From Podarcis muralis (taxonomy: Eukaryota): a stretch of 64,000 nt of DNA. Position numbers and translations under genes: made by a program. The notes under the pieces are model-generated. The model did not search any database. It was not told where the DNA came from and worked only from the letters and a program-made list of their open reading frames with translations. How positions within the stretch are numbered: the first letter of the stretch is position 1; each line of letters begins with the position of its first letter. The DNA lies in the NCBI RefSeq assembly GCF_964188315.1, contig NC_135658.1:58156001-58220000 (forward strand). The letters run 5' to 3'. This document shows, in pieces, positions 25,717-38,517 of the stretch.

Positions 25717-27095
25717 TAGAATCATAGAATTTTAGAGTTGGAAGGGACCACAAAGGTCAACTACTTCAACCTCCTGCAATGCAGGAATCTCAACTAAAGC
25801 ATCTATAACTGTATGGGAAAAGCATCCGGAAGACAAAAATGTATTAAGGAGTTGTTAGTGATCTGACATGGTTACCTTTCCTGCCTCTGTTCCTTCCCCC
25901 TCTCTCCCTCTTGTGAAGTTTTTTTGATGGTGTGAGAAGAGCCTTTAATGTCCTGAGAACATTGGGAGGAGAAGCCCCCCCCCCCACAGCTGTCTTCATC
26001 AGGTGTGGACGATAATGCTGGGTCCCTTCTTTGATGTTGGACGTTGTTTTGAGAAAAGGAGGCCTTGGGAGCGGGTGGCTAATGGATGATCTGCACGTAG
26101 CCAGTCTTGGGAGCCACACAGGCTATCTATAAAATCGAACAGTTTGAGCAAAGTTTCTTTGAAGGTCATGTACAGACTGATCAGCCGCAGGGCCGTGCAA
26201 ACCGAGGCTACCTGGGGGAGTTACTTCGCCGCTTCTTGAGGGCTTCCAAGTGGCAGATTGAAGTGCTTGCTTGGTATGCATACATTGCTTGCTGTTTTGG
26301 AATAAGATCTTTAATCTTCTCACTCACTTGTGTATTTTGTTTTGCTTCTGAATCTCATTTTAAAAGAACCACCTTGCCTTTAACAGGACAAAAGCACGTG
26401 GCCATTCAGCCTCTGCTTAAAAGCCTCCAAAGAAGGAGAGTCCACAAGCTCTTGAGGGAGTTTGTTCCACTGTCAAACAACTCTTACTGTCAGGAAATTC
26501 TTCCTGATGTTTAGTCGGAATCTCCTTTCTTATAACTTCAATCCATTGTATCAGATTCTACCCTCTGGAGCAGGAGAAAGCAAGCTTGCTCCATCTTCCA
26601 TGTGACAGTTCTTTAGATACTTCAAGATGGCTATCATATCAGTCTCCCCCTTTCCCAGCAAAACATACTCAGCTCCCTCAACTGTTCCTCATAAGGCTTG
26701 GTTTCCAGACCCCTGATCATCTTGGTCACCCTCCTCTGCACATGTTTCAGCTTGTCAATATTCTTCTTAAATGGTGGTGCGCAGAACTGGACACAGTATT
26801 CCATGTGTTGTCTGACCAAGACAGAATAGACTGGAGCTATTACTTCCTTTGATCATAACACTATACTTCTGTTGATGCAGCCTAGAAAAGCATTCACTTT
26901 TTTGTTTCTGCATCATACCGTGAACTCATGTTAAGCTTGTGGTCTACTAAGACTCCTAGATCCTTTTCACACATACTACTGGCAAACTAAGTGTCCCCCA
27001 TCTTATATTTGTGCAGCTGGTTCATTCTGCCTAAGAACCAGACATTTGCCCCTATTAAAATTCATTGTGTTCATTTTGGCCCAGTTCTCCAATCC
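25717..27095 (-). mobile_element. CR1 LINE 3' portion, interrupted by an insertion at about 25806-26397
   Basis: (ATTCTATG)n-type tail at the left end. RT C-terminal peptides [35 protein letters not shown] on the minus strand. Confidence 0.88.
25853..26385 (+). mobile_element. Possible solo LTR nested in the CR1
   Basis: TGTTA...TAACA inverted ends, TATAAAA at about 26127, AATAAG downstream. No clean TSD (GAGT vs GGAC). Confidence 0.35.
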
Positions 27096-27848
27096 GTATG
27101 TAGCAGTTGCCTCAACTTGCACCCAATGTGGGACCTTATTAACCTCACAGGCAGAAGGAGTTTCTCTTCGAAACTGGGATCACCGGGCTGCAGTCCTGTT
27201 TGCTACAGCTGCTCCACCACCTCCAAGATTTCCTTGCGTCAGAGATAATGAAAACATATTGTACTTATTTTGATGATTCTGGAGTACCCCTTATATGTAC
27301 TGTAGGCCTTATAATAGTGGGTACATTGTGAAGAACACATTCTTTGTACTTTGCTTGCCATATATTGTGTCTTTGTATGTTGGCCTAATCCCCTGTTTTT
27401 TTCTATTTGTGTATGTTCCTGTACATTAAGGACATCTTGAATCCCAATTCTGTCTGAACTGAAGTTTCCTTAAAAACAGGAAGGGATGTTGAGGTGGGAG
27501 CCCTGCTGATGCTGACTGGTAAAACTGGAACGTGAGAAGAGAATAGCTATGAGAGATCATGATAAAAGGAAGATATCCCATATGGGGATTGTGTGTGCAT
27601 GCTTTTCACAGTTCTAAGAGTTATGCTGCAGTGTTCAGAAAAGGATTTTCAACAGTGCTGTACTGTTAAGTGTGAAGGTAATGAACCACATGCTGATGTA
27701 GGTGGAATTATGCCATCGCTGGGCTGCTGCTGCTGTGGCTCACAGCTCTCAATGTTGCTAACATTTCTGTAGGACACACAGACAGCAGATGCTTTAATAA
27801 TCCCCAGACGCCTTATCTTAGGTGGTGGTTGTTTGTGATGGTTAATTT

Positions 27849-28201
27849 GGTAAAAGGCAAAATAAAAAGGCTGACCATTAGGTCCAGCCACGGTCAACTC
27901 TGGGGTTTGGCGCTCATCTCGCTTTATTGGCCGAGGGAGTCGGCGTACAGCTTCCGGGTCATGTGGCCAGCATGACTAAGCCGCTTCTGGTGAACCAGAG
28001 CAGCACACAGAAATGCTGTTTATCTTCCCGCCATAGTGGTACCTATTTATCTACTTGCACTTCTTGCTTTCAAACTGCTAGGTTGGCAGGAGCTGGAACC
28101 AAGCAACGGGAGCTCACCCCGTTGCGGGGATTTGAACCGCTGACCTTCTGATCGGCCAGTCCTAGGCTCTGTGGTTTAACCCACAGTGCCACCCACGTCC
28201 C
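27849..28201 (-). mobile_element. Sauria SINE
   Basis: The minus strand begins GGGACGTGGGTGGCACTGTGGGTTAAACCAC and carries the 'gtgcaagtagataaataggtaccac' core and an (ACCTTT)-like tail. Confidence 0.9.
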
Positions 28202-29159
28202 ATAAAAGGGAAAATAGATATACCTTGTAAATTAGGTTTATAAAATAAAAATAAAAATGAGAATTCCCTGGATGCCTAAGATCCAAGTTTGAGGCAAGTA
28301 CTCTTTATTGAGAGAGCCCCAGCCGAGATTTAAGATAACAAAACATGCAGAAAAGTGAAGCATGGAAATATAGGCCTTAAAAATATCCCCATCTAAGATG
28401 CTCCCAAAGTTTCCCACTTCCCTTAGCATAGAAAGAGACCGTATGTTTAGTAAGTTAAAATGGTTTCTTGCAAACTCTTCAAAGGTCAGATTAATGTGTT
28501 TTTCCATACATCAACAAGAAAAGACAGGCTGCACAACTTAAGTTCCAAAATGGTACATGTTTCTAAATTATTTGTATAGAAACACAAAGATGGCTTGCTT
28601 AAGCCATGCAGTCTAAATATGGAGCATCCAGCTTAGACCTTCTTACTAGTAGGGTTTACATGGTGGAAAATGAGAGAACAAAGGGCTTGGTAACCCTTCC
28701 TCCCAAGGTGAGGGTGTGTGACCTAGTTAAGCCTGGCAAAACGTTTACTCTGTGGTCTTATCCCCTGCATGCATTAATTAGAGTTAAGCGTGTTGGTTAT
28801 ATGAGACTGGATATCCCACAGTTTGATCTTCTGGGTTTGTTTTTAGCTTCCCCATCCCTTAAAATGCCTGGGCCATTTTCCATGTCCTGGATATAATTCA
28901 AAAAAGTTGGTTGCACATTCATGGGAGTCTTTGCCATTGACTACAATGAGACTTGCTTTCTAAAAATATGAGAGTCATGGTAAGCAACACTGAAAATATT
29001 TATTACACTACAAATGTACCAAAATGTATTCAAAACTTATTATTACATTAAAAAAAAATATGTAAAAAACACACCCAGTAAGTTCTTCAGCACTTTAGCT
29101 CTAGCTAGCATAGCTTTCCCAGAGCCCCTGTTCATATTGCTTGCATCAAACTTTTCTCT

Positions 29160-29390
29160 ATTTTATTTATTATTTATTTATAGGCCATCTTTATCTTCCA
29201 AGGAGCTCAAGGCAGTGTACCGGGTTCTCCTCATCCCCATTTCAGCCTCACAACAATCCTGTGAGGTAGGTTAGGCTAAGAGAATGTGACTGGCCCAAGG
29301 TCACCCAGTGAGCCCATGGCTGAGTGGGGATTTGAACCCTGGTCTCCCAGGTCATAGGCCAACACTCTAACCATTACACCACACTGGCTC
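29160..29390 (-). mobile_element. MIR-like/CORE tRNA-derived SINE
   Basis: tRNA-like head, CORE-like 'gtgaccttgggccagtcac...cctacctcacagg', (AAAT)n tail. Confidence 0.75.
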
Positions 29391-29413
29391 TTTTACACTA
29401 CTCTTTTACATTA

Positions 29414-29655
29414 TAGTGGTACCTCAGGTTAAGAACTTAATTTGTTCTAGAGGTCCATTCTTAACCTGAAACTGTTCTTAACCTGAGGTACCACTTTAGC
29501 TAATGGGGCCTCCCGCTGTTGCCACACCGCCGCAGCACGATTTCTGTTCTCATCATGAAGCAAAGTTCTTAACCTGAGGTAATATTTATGGGTTAGCGGA
29601 GTCTGTAACCTGAAGCGTGTGTAACCTGAAGCATCTGTAACCCAAGGTACCACTG
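29414..29655. mobile_element. Tigger-like MITE, copy 3
   Basis: (T)AGTGGTACCTCAGG ... AAGGTACCACTG with TA flanks. Confidence 0.88.
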
Positions 29656-32600
29656 TACTCAATTGGTGTGGCAGCCAGCACAATGCTATTCCTATGTCAT
29701 CAGTAGAGAAGTCCTAGATGGTACGATGGACCCCATGTTGTCAGTCTCCCAACACCAGCTTCCCCCCAGTTTCTGGGGGTCCAATGCTGGCGTGCAGAGG
29801 AGGAACATCTTGAGATCCTCCCAGGTGGTCCAGAGGCTACATTTACCCAAACACAATACAGAAAGAGCAGCATTGCAACAGCTTCCATTTCACTGGATTG
29901 AGGAAAACCCATTGGTCACCCCCACCCCATGGCCCCCATATGACATGAGAGATAGGTATGGGGGGGGGAGAGAGACTTAAACTCCTTCCAGTTCATGGTT
30001 TAAACAACAGGATTCCCACCACCACCTATAATTCACCAGAAAGCTTACATCATAACTTCTGTTTCAAAGGCTGAAATTCTGGCTCCCTTGAAGTCCAATG
30101 GCAAAACTACAAATGGCTTTCAAGCAGCTGGAGTTTTGCTTTTTACTATCTCCAATATCCTCAAACTTGTTAGAGCTTTGTGAAAAACAACTCATTAACA
30201 AGATTTGGAAAGCAGCAGGGTATGGGAAGTTTCTCTTTTATTATTAGAAAACACTTCATTTTGTTTAGATTCGTTCATGATAACCCATAACAGCCATACA
30301 CATTTGTTAACTTTATCTTCTGAACTTGCTTTCTTGGGTTTCCAAAACTTTTCCCAGCCAAATGAGACCTAGGAGAGCCAGATGCATATATCTTGTTTAA
30401 TTACTGTGCCGATGAGGCTGTTCTGTTATCTCTGGTTACAGGATAAAAAACAGAGACAAATGTTCAGATTGAAGCCTCCTCCTTTAGCTGTAGCATGTTT
30501 TATGAAAGATCATCCTGTTTCCCCTTTTCAAAATAAACCTTGGGGCACTCACTTAGAATAAATGTATCCTTGAAAAGCTTGCTATTCTTAGTACTTTTCA
30601 ATAGTTTGTGCTTTTAATCTTGATACCTCAATAGTGTTTTCGTTGATTTTTCATAGCGGGAACTGATGTATTTTATAGCTGTTGCCTTTCCAGCTATCCA
30701 TCTCCTAAATAACTGCTGTGATCAGGATTCCGCCCCACGCCCCCCCCCCCCGAAAAATCATAAAAATAAATTTGGAATTATACAATTGCTTTGATGATGA
30801 ACTCACAAATCTAGCAGCTGATGGAGCAGTGAGATATAACTTCAAGAAACAATTGTCAGTTTTCAAACATACATTTAAACATGCATGTTTCAGTTGCTAA
30901 ACTGAATCGAATCAATATTGCCACTGGTGGGTTTATTACAATGTTTCTTTTGTGGATTTTAACTGGAGACACACATCGTTCCCTTGCAAAAAGATACATG
31001 CATATATATTTTTTCAAGTCAGTTTATTGAACAATGGGCAGAACGCCTCCTTTAAATTGCAGGGTATTTAATTTATATCGGTTCTCCTGCATCCTTCCCA
31101 GTAATAGATTTTGAATGTTCATAACAGAAAATGTATTCAAAGCTTATAGGCATAGCTTCAAATCCAGTTGTTCCAATGCATGTCCAGGGACTTTCCTTGT
31201 TCTCTTTTGCAAGCACTTGGCAACTCGCTGGAATCTTAGTGTGGGGAGCAGTACTCAAGAAGCTGTGGATACATCAGTCTTTGCATTTCATGGATATACT
31301 GAAACACAAGGAGAATGCGTGAATCTGGATGCAAAAAAAAGGGAAACCCCAAGAATCTAAATATTTTATGGGATGAGGAAATATGGGCTTCAGTAATGCT
31401 GAAGGAGACCTTGGGAATAACAAGAGACAATAGACCACATCCATTTACAGTGTAATGCGGTGGAGAAAAACATCTACAGCTAGTTTAATATAACAGAGGA
31501 GCAGAATGTACTTTTCTCAAACAACTCCTTTGTAGAAAGAACAGGGATCTGCAGCCAAAGTCTTGGCTGGTTAGTTCAAAGCAAACATCAATATTCTTCA
31601 CCTCCTAGCCACATGCAGCTCTCCTCTCTCTGCCCAGGGTCTCTTCCAATTTCCCTCCTCTCAAAATCTTCCCTTTGCCCCCTGCTCATCCTTTTGCATC
31701 ACTCCTCACCCTGCCTTAGCCTTTTCCTATCCCCTTTCTTTGACCTTTGCTTCTTCTGCTGGTTACTTCCTAGGTCTATCCAACTGTGATACCCCTCATT
31801 AAGATCTGACAAGCTCCATAGATTAAAGACATGGACGCCCATGGAATGTTCCCCCTAGCGCCATGTTGAATGCAGCACAGTAATCATACTCTGGGGATAA
31901 GAGAGGAAAACTGTTACAATGGGGAAGCAATGGATGCCAAGTGAAGAGGGGTTACCAAACGCCCGGAATTTCCCAGACATATACGGAACACTGTATTGGC
32001 AGCAGTGCACATCTTGGGCAATTGGCAATTTCCCATAAAAATAGCTCCAAAATGGGAATTTGGGCAATTTTTTTTAAAGGTCAACAATTTTCACTGTTTG
32101 AAATATGGTAACCCTAGGGGACCTACTAGCTAGGGGGCACATAAGGCACAAATCAAGTGTGAAAGGCGATGGCGGCTCAAGAACTTTGCAATACTAAGCC
32201 TTATTTTCTCTAAGAGTGGCATCAAATATTTCTAGCAACCAACGCGACAGAACAATATGCTGCTTGACAACTTAATTGTTAACAGTGGGCTGTGAGGTAC
32301 AAAACTGAAGTTGTCCTCTGAAATATAGGCTAAATATATAGAAAGCTGTGCTAAATATTTTATATTTATATGTGGGACAGAGCATTATTAGTCACTGCTC
32401 TTTGTTTCTTTTCTGGGAGACCAGAGACCAAGCCAGGCAGGATGGTGGAGACTCTTTAAACTTCAGCAACATAGCAGCCAGGGGTGGAGGAGATTTGGAA
32501 TAAGATGGAGCAACTTTTTTTGGGGGGGCATTTAACCCTTTCTCTACTGCTGCCTTTCATCCCTCTTCACTCTCTGCTCTCAATTCCAACCTCCTGATGC

Positions 32601-32927
32601 TGCATTTCATTCCATTTCAAAAAAGTCTGGGCTTTGTTACATTTTTGGACCCTTCCTCCAGGCTAGAAACTGCCTTTAACATCCTAGGATAACAAAACTG
32701 TCTTTGCCCGGCACTGAAAAGAAAACAGTGTTGATGTCAGGAGAGTCTCTCTGAGGAGAGCATTCCAGAAATGGGGCATCACCACCAAGAAGCCTTTTTC
32801 TCTGGTTGCTGTTGTTTAGTATATTTTAACTATGCATTTTATATTGCTGCTGCCGCCACCAGCTGCCACCGAAACCTTGCTGAAGGGAAGTAAATAAATC
32901 TTTCAAATAAATAAATTTAAGAATCTC

Positions 32928-33067
32928 GGGCTGCACACACATTGTTCATTTAAAGCACCCCAAAGAATCCTGGGAACTGTAATTCACCCCTTGCCTTACA
33001 ACACTTTAAACAAACTACAGTTCCCACAATTCTTTATGGGGGTGCTTAAAATGTATGGTGTGCACCC
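32928..33067. mobile_element. Palindromic MITE (GGGCTGCACAC...GTGTGCACCC ends; possibly PIF/Harbinger)
   Basis: Long imperfect inverted arms, including TGGGAACTGTAAT / ACTACAGTTCCCA. Confidence 0.55.
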
Positions 33068-34501
33068 AACCTGAGCATGATGTGAGGTTTTCCCAAAGGG
33101 TGGCTCCTGACATAGGGCATGCTATGATTTATTTCCAAAAGTTAAATAGTCATGTAGATACAGTAAAGACCTAGAATCTCTAGGTTTTGCCTACATGTTT
33201 GGAATCTTTAATAGTTCTTCTTTGTTCTTTAAGAAAAAATCCACATAATGTACCAATCAAGCATTCAGCACACACCTTTTTGAGTGCCTGGCTAAAACCC
33301 CTGAATGCACCTGCCTGAATGGATTAAATCATTCTGCAACCCTGTTCCTATTATTCTTTTTCCACCTCACTTTGCTGCCTCCTTTAATTTTTTTCCCCCA
33401 CCTATGGAAGGAGGAAGGAGTTTTCCTCCTTTTAATTTTACCACTTTTTAAAGGATTTGTCATGTTTCTGTTTCTGGCTGGATAATTCTGGATGTCAGTT
33501 TAGAATCTGGCCTGAAGGATTCCCCTACTTTAGGTTGTTCTGAAGGGGGCTCTGGTTTTAACTCGGCTCCAGCTAGCAGAGATAAAATGCATGTGATCCT
33601 ACACTATTTCATAAGGAAAGCTTTCTATGCAAAGTGCATAATTTAAACATGTCAAATTGAAAAACCACTGGCTGTTCTAGTGAAGTTTTGTCCACTCTTC
33701 CTTTGAAGACTATATTTTAGAGCTTTTAGCAGTGTGGAATAGGCAAAAATGCAATGTGGGGTGGACAAATGCTATATTTTTTAATATATATAGGTAGCAC
33801 TGCCATCAGAGGCTGTGGAAATAACGACAAGAGAGAAACAGTTGTGGCTTATGGGGTAAGGTACAGTTGCCCTCCCGTCACCAGCATCAGGATGTGGCAG
33901 GGCAGTGACAAGGTCAGAACTGTGCAGGTGCACTTGCAGAATGTTGGATAGACTCCATCAGTGCCCTGACCTTGCAGACATCTTGCCCCATCCAGGTAAG
34001 CTGCAGCAGTGCCATACTGGATGGAGAAGAAACTGGGATATGAGTTCTGAAAGAGAAATTATGATATATCCTTGGAATCTCCCTGATTTCTAGGGAAAGT
34101 GCTTTTGCATTCACACAAGAGAAAAACATTTCTTCTGGAAGCATCCTCTCATGTTTCATGGGAGTGGCTTTAAAACACTTGCAAGCTGGGATGGGTGTCA
34201 TTATTCTGGCCCTGAGCAACAGTCAGGCCTCTGGCACAGAGGAAGAGGAACCAACTGGACCAGGAAGATTACTGGCACAAGCCATGGAGGCTCTGAGCCA
34301 AAATCAGAGTGAACTACTTTTAACAGGTAGGTAGGCATGACCACCCTCATATTAATCTCCTAGCATCATATGCAGTCAGCTGACTCAACTTCAGTGGAAA
34401 AATTGGGAGCACCTTTTAAGTACACTCGCAATTCTTCCTTTGCAGCCCACACTTGCATTAAAGTCAGGGCTGTAAAGGAGGAATCTTATCATCTGTGACT
34501 G

Positions 34502-34503
34502 GA

Positions 34504-34554
<51 letters not shown>
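34502..34554. repeat. (GAAA)n microsatellite
   Basis: Read directly from the sequence. Confidence 0.95.
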
Positions 34555-34555
<1 letters not shown>

Positions 34556-34584
34556 CACTCTACCAGGTAGTATCAAAAGGAAGT

Positions 34585-34954
34585 GGGTGGCGCTGTGGTC
34601 TAAACCACAGAGCCTCTTGGGCTTGCCGATCAGAAGGTCAGCGGTTCGAATCTGTGAGACAGGGTGAGCTCCTGTTGTTCTGTCCCAGTTTCTGCCAACC
34701 TAGCAGCTCAAAAGCACGCCAGTGCAAGTAGATAAATAGGTACCACTGCGGCAGGAAGGTAAATGGCATTTCCGTGTGCTCTGGCTTCTGTCATGGTTTT
34801 CCATTGTGCCAGAAGCACTTTAGTCCTGCTGGCCACATGACCCGGAAAGCTATCTGTGGGAAAACGTCAGCTCCGTTGGCCTGAAAGCGAAATGAGCACT
34901 GCACCCCATAGTTGCCTTTGACTGGGCTTAACCATCCAGGAGTCCTTTACCTTT
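34585..34954 (+). mobile_element. Sauria SINE (more diverged copy)
   Basis: GGGTGGCGCTGTGGTCTAAACCAC head, conserved core, CCTTTACCTTT tail. Confidence 0.88.
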
Positions 34955-34992
34955 GCCAATGCAGCAAACAATACTGATTTCTTAAAGGTCTA

Positions 34993-35352
34993 GGGACGCG
35001 GGTGGTGCTGTGGGTTAAAGCCTCAGCGCTTAGGACTTGCCGATCGAAAGGTCGGTGGTTCGAATCCCCGCGGCGGGGTGCGCTCCCGTTGCTCGGTCCC
35101 AGCACTTGCCAACCTAGCAGTTCGAAAGCACCCCCGGGTGCAAGTAGATAAATAGGGACCGCTTACTAGCGGGAAGGTAAACGGCGTTCTGTGTGCGGCT
35201 CTGGCTCGCCAGATGCAGCTTTGTCACGCTGGTCACGTGACCCGGAAGTGTCTGCGGACAGCGCTGGCCCCCGGCCTATAGAGTGAGATGGGCGCACAAC
35301 CCTAGAGTCTGTCAAGACTGGCCCGTATGGGCAGGGGTACCTTTACCTTTAC
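34993..35352 (+). mobile_element. Sauria SINE, full length, different subfamily, with TSD
   Basis: GGGACGCGGGTGG head and (CCTTTA)n tail. TSD CTTAAAGGTC at 34981-34990 and 35353-35362. High CpG retention. Confidence 0.93.
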
Positions 35353-35381
35353 CTTAAAGGTCCAGGAGTCATTATCAATGT

Positions 35382-35382
<1 letters not shown>

Positions 35383-35412
<30 letters not shown>
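35383..35412. repeat. (GAT)n microsatellite
   Basis: Read directly from the sequence. Confidence 0.95.
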
Positions 35413-35413
<1 letters not shown>

Positions 35414-38127
35414 AGTAACAAACAATGCATGTTACTACTTTAGTTTCCAAAAAGAATGTAAGACCCTATTTGTATGTTACAAAAGTGGGGTGGTAGTCAA
35501 TTGAAAAAGTAACTATCTGGGCATCTTTCCATATAAGAAAGCAATTTCTTTGAACATTTCCCCAAGTAATCCATTTTCAGCCAAGCCAATCAAGATGTAA
35601 TAACATGGCTGCAGCAGTGAAGAGCAACTTAAACATCAGAATTTTACCAAAATTTCACTTTACAACGTGCCCAAAGCAGTTTGCATACAGCTTCTCACCC
35701 AACTTTGCAAGATAGGCCAGTGTCATTATTCCACTGCTACAGCTGTAGTGGCTTGCCTCAACTTTTCATTGAGCTGAGATCTCATTTGAACTAGGCGTTT
35801 CCCAACTTGTAGCTCAAGCTCCTAAATACTAACTACCTTCAAGCTGCATGAAAAACCACTTCATACAAACATCTTTGGTAGAAGATGCCCACCATGGGAC
35901 GACTTTTCTATTGTATGATAACCTGTTTGGTGACCTGCTCCAGCCACTTGGCAAGATTATGGTTTGCTATGCCTGTTGTGGGGGAGCCCTGCCGAATTCA
36001 GGGTGAGTCAAGAGCTAGTAATCATATTGTGTTTTCAACCTATTACTTGCCCTCAGCTTCTTGAGCTCTTTAAGATTAAAGTATGTATGCATTAAGTGCA
36101 TGGTTTAAAATATAACAGAAGCCCCTGACATTCATATAATTGAGTAAGTCTGGCAAAAGATTGGGAGAAGCACTGAAACCTGTTTCTCAAAGTCCTGTGC
36201 TGGTTCAGGTTCTTGACTTAACTGGAGCATGGGCTGACAGAGAATTAAACTGTCTGATTATGAGCCAATTCCCAATATAATGTGTATATCCACAGGCTGA
36301 CTATTGGAAGGCTTCCACAGAAGCAAATCACACACACACGCAAAATGTAATTGGAAGAAGTCATCCATGCAGCTTGCTCAAAGCCAATTGCATGAGCAGA
36401 AGCTGGATAAAAACACCAGATCCAGTTTATGGGATAATCTTTGAAGAGGTGGGCTAGAGATAACCCATTCAAATGAATCCCTGCCCCCGTGGTCTACTGG
36501 GAGCATTCCAAGAAGACATCCGTGTTGTTACATGCCACCCCAATCTCCAAGTGGTGCGAGACTCCAGGGGTTCCAGGTGCTTACTCAGGGCCCAAGTTTC
36601 CTTTTGGAAATGAGACACAGCAGAGATAAACCATATGATATATGGTTTATTTATACATATATCCAACCTGAGCCTACAATGGAGGAGTTCAAAGCATTAA
36701 CACCCTGGGAGGGCCTTGCTTCCTCCATAGCTGCAGCCTTGGATTCAAATAGAAATCAACCATCACTCTCTCTCTCTTCCCAGTGTGCTACTTTTTCCAT
36801 TTCTAGCTCACCACTCACCTTTCCCTTCTCACCTTTGTTCTTCTAACTACCAGTGAATTAAGAGAAGGCCATCTAGGACAGTCTCACTTCCTTTGTTCCC
36901 TTAATGGCCCATTACCTAGGATATCAACTCATCAGGAACCTAGCCTGTATTATATTTTTACATTTGCTGGATTCAGGCATTAGCATGCAGTCTACTCGCC
37001 CCCCTTAACCTCATAACACTACAACTTACAATAGAAATAATTGAGAATGATGTGTATTGCAGACTAAAGGCTCCTCCAGATGACTTATTTATTGAACATT
37101 CATCCTGATCTGCTTGCACAAAGCTTACACAGAGGTCAAATTATATCCGGTCTTAATTGAGCATTTGTTCTGATTTGTTTATGGAATGGGTATACTGTAC
37201 CGCAATGAACATTCATTCTGCAGTCATCCTGCATTGCTTGAAGGGTGTTCATATGTCTTCCACCCTTTTCCAGTGCAATTTCTTATCACTTTCCAAACCA
37301 CAAAGGGTCCAGTTTAAAACAAAATGGATTTGTTGTCTCTGCTTAGAATAGCTTGTCTCCAACTTGGATTGTAATCCGAGTCTGGATTGTGCATTATGGG
37401 CACCCTAATTTCTGCATTGCTTCCTCTAATTTTGCTACTTGGATCCTTTTTACTAAATCAGGTTTCCCTAAGCTTGGATCTGACAAGATTCTGAAGTAAC
37501 ATATATAGTCCATATAGCTTGCTATGAGCTACTTCATAAGGTTGGCAGATTTCAATAGCCGTTTCAAAGGTGAGCTTTGGGCTTCTTAGCAGGCTTTTCT
37601 AGAGTACAACTACTCTGATACCAAGTACAATTTGGGGTCTTATCATAAGAACTATCAGCTCCCCAGAATTGCACCTGAATGCAGAAGAAATCGTATAGAA
37701 TTCATCTATAGGCTCTCCCCTCACTTTCTCATACATGAACACTAAACACTATTCTTCTTAAAAGCTTAATTGCTTTTTAGGACTCACTACTCTTTCACCA
37801 GTATATCATAATTTGGAGAGGGTGGCGGAGCTGATGTTAGTGTTTAACTTAACTGGACATGTTTGAACACATTTTTAACTTTACTACTAGCTGTTACTCA
37901 GCCTCTGTACTTAGATTATCAGTTAGGACTCTCTTGGAGTATCCCTACTTGAAGGCTTAAAATAATAAAAGTATTCTCTAACAAAGGCCATCCTAACCTT
38001 CTTTCTTTCTTTTCCAATGACATCAGGAAGATGACACCCACTTTCCTCAAATATGCCAGGAAACAGACCACTAATCAACATCCGCAGATGAGCTATTAGA
38101 TTGATGAACAAGGGGAAAGCCTCAAAA

Positions 38128-38497
38128 TTGAATGGTTTCTTTAAATGTAAAGGTTCATCATTGTTCCACTCAATGTGTATGTCTTTAAGGGGCCAGAGCA
38201 AGATAACGAGACCCAACTTTAAAGCTGTGAAACATAGCAGGTGCTGCTGAGTTGTATTTGATTAAGGTGTGTCAGCATTTGGGTTTAGTATATAAGGAGC
38301 AGCACCTAGCTCTCCCATTACCCTGGGGTTTGGGTTGGTGGTTGGGTCTGGTTTGTTGTTAATGTATTTAGTGTAAATGGAGTTTTTGTTTTTCTTATTA
38401 AAACCTTGTTTAAGTTATTTTTGAGTCCTTTTCATTTTTAATGCATGATCTCCCCAGCAAGCTATCTGCAGCGCTACCATACTGCAAATAGCCAACA
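38128..38497 (+). repeat. 5' LTR (lacks the first TG dinucleotide)
   Basis: Matches 42699-43068 base for base by eye and ends CAACA. TATATAA at 38289-38295, ATTAAA at about 38397. Confidence 0.95.
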
Positions 38498-38502
38498 TCT
38501 TT

Positions 38503-38517
38503 GGTTATGGGCCCAGC
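38503..38517 (+). other. Primer-binding site complementary to the 5' half of initiator tRNA-Met
   Basis: GGTTATGGGCCCAGC is the reverse complement of GCTGGGCCCATAACC in the anticodon arm of tRNAi-Met, the same PBS type as Drosophila copia. Confidence 0.9.

Noticed and set aside
27700-27850. Hydrophobic stretch AIAGLLLLWLTALNV resembling a signal peptide
   Set aside because: Driven by a short (CTG)n run; no start codon or convincing splice context.
30793-30906. C/D-box snoRNA-like pattern (ATGATGA...CTGA...CTGA)
   Set aside because: No terminal stem, and no rRNA or snRNA antisense element that I could recognise. An Rfam/snoscan search would be needed.
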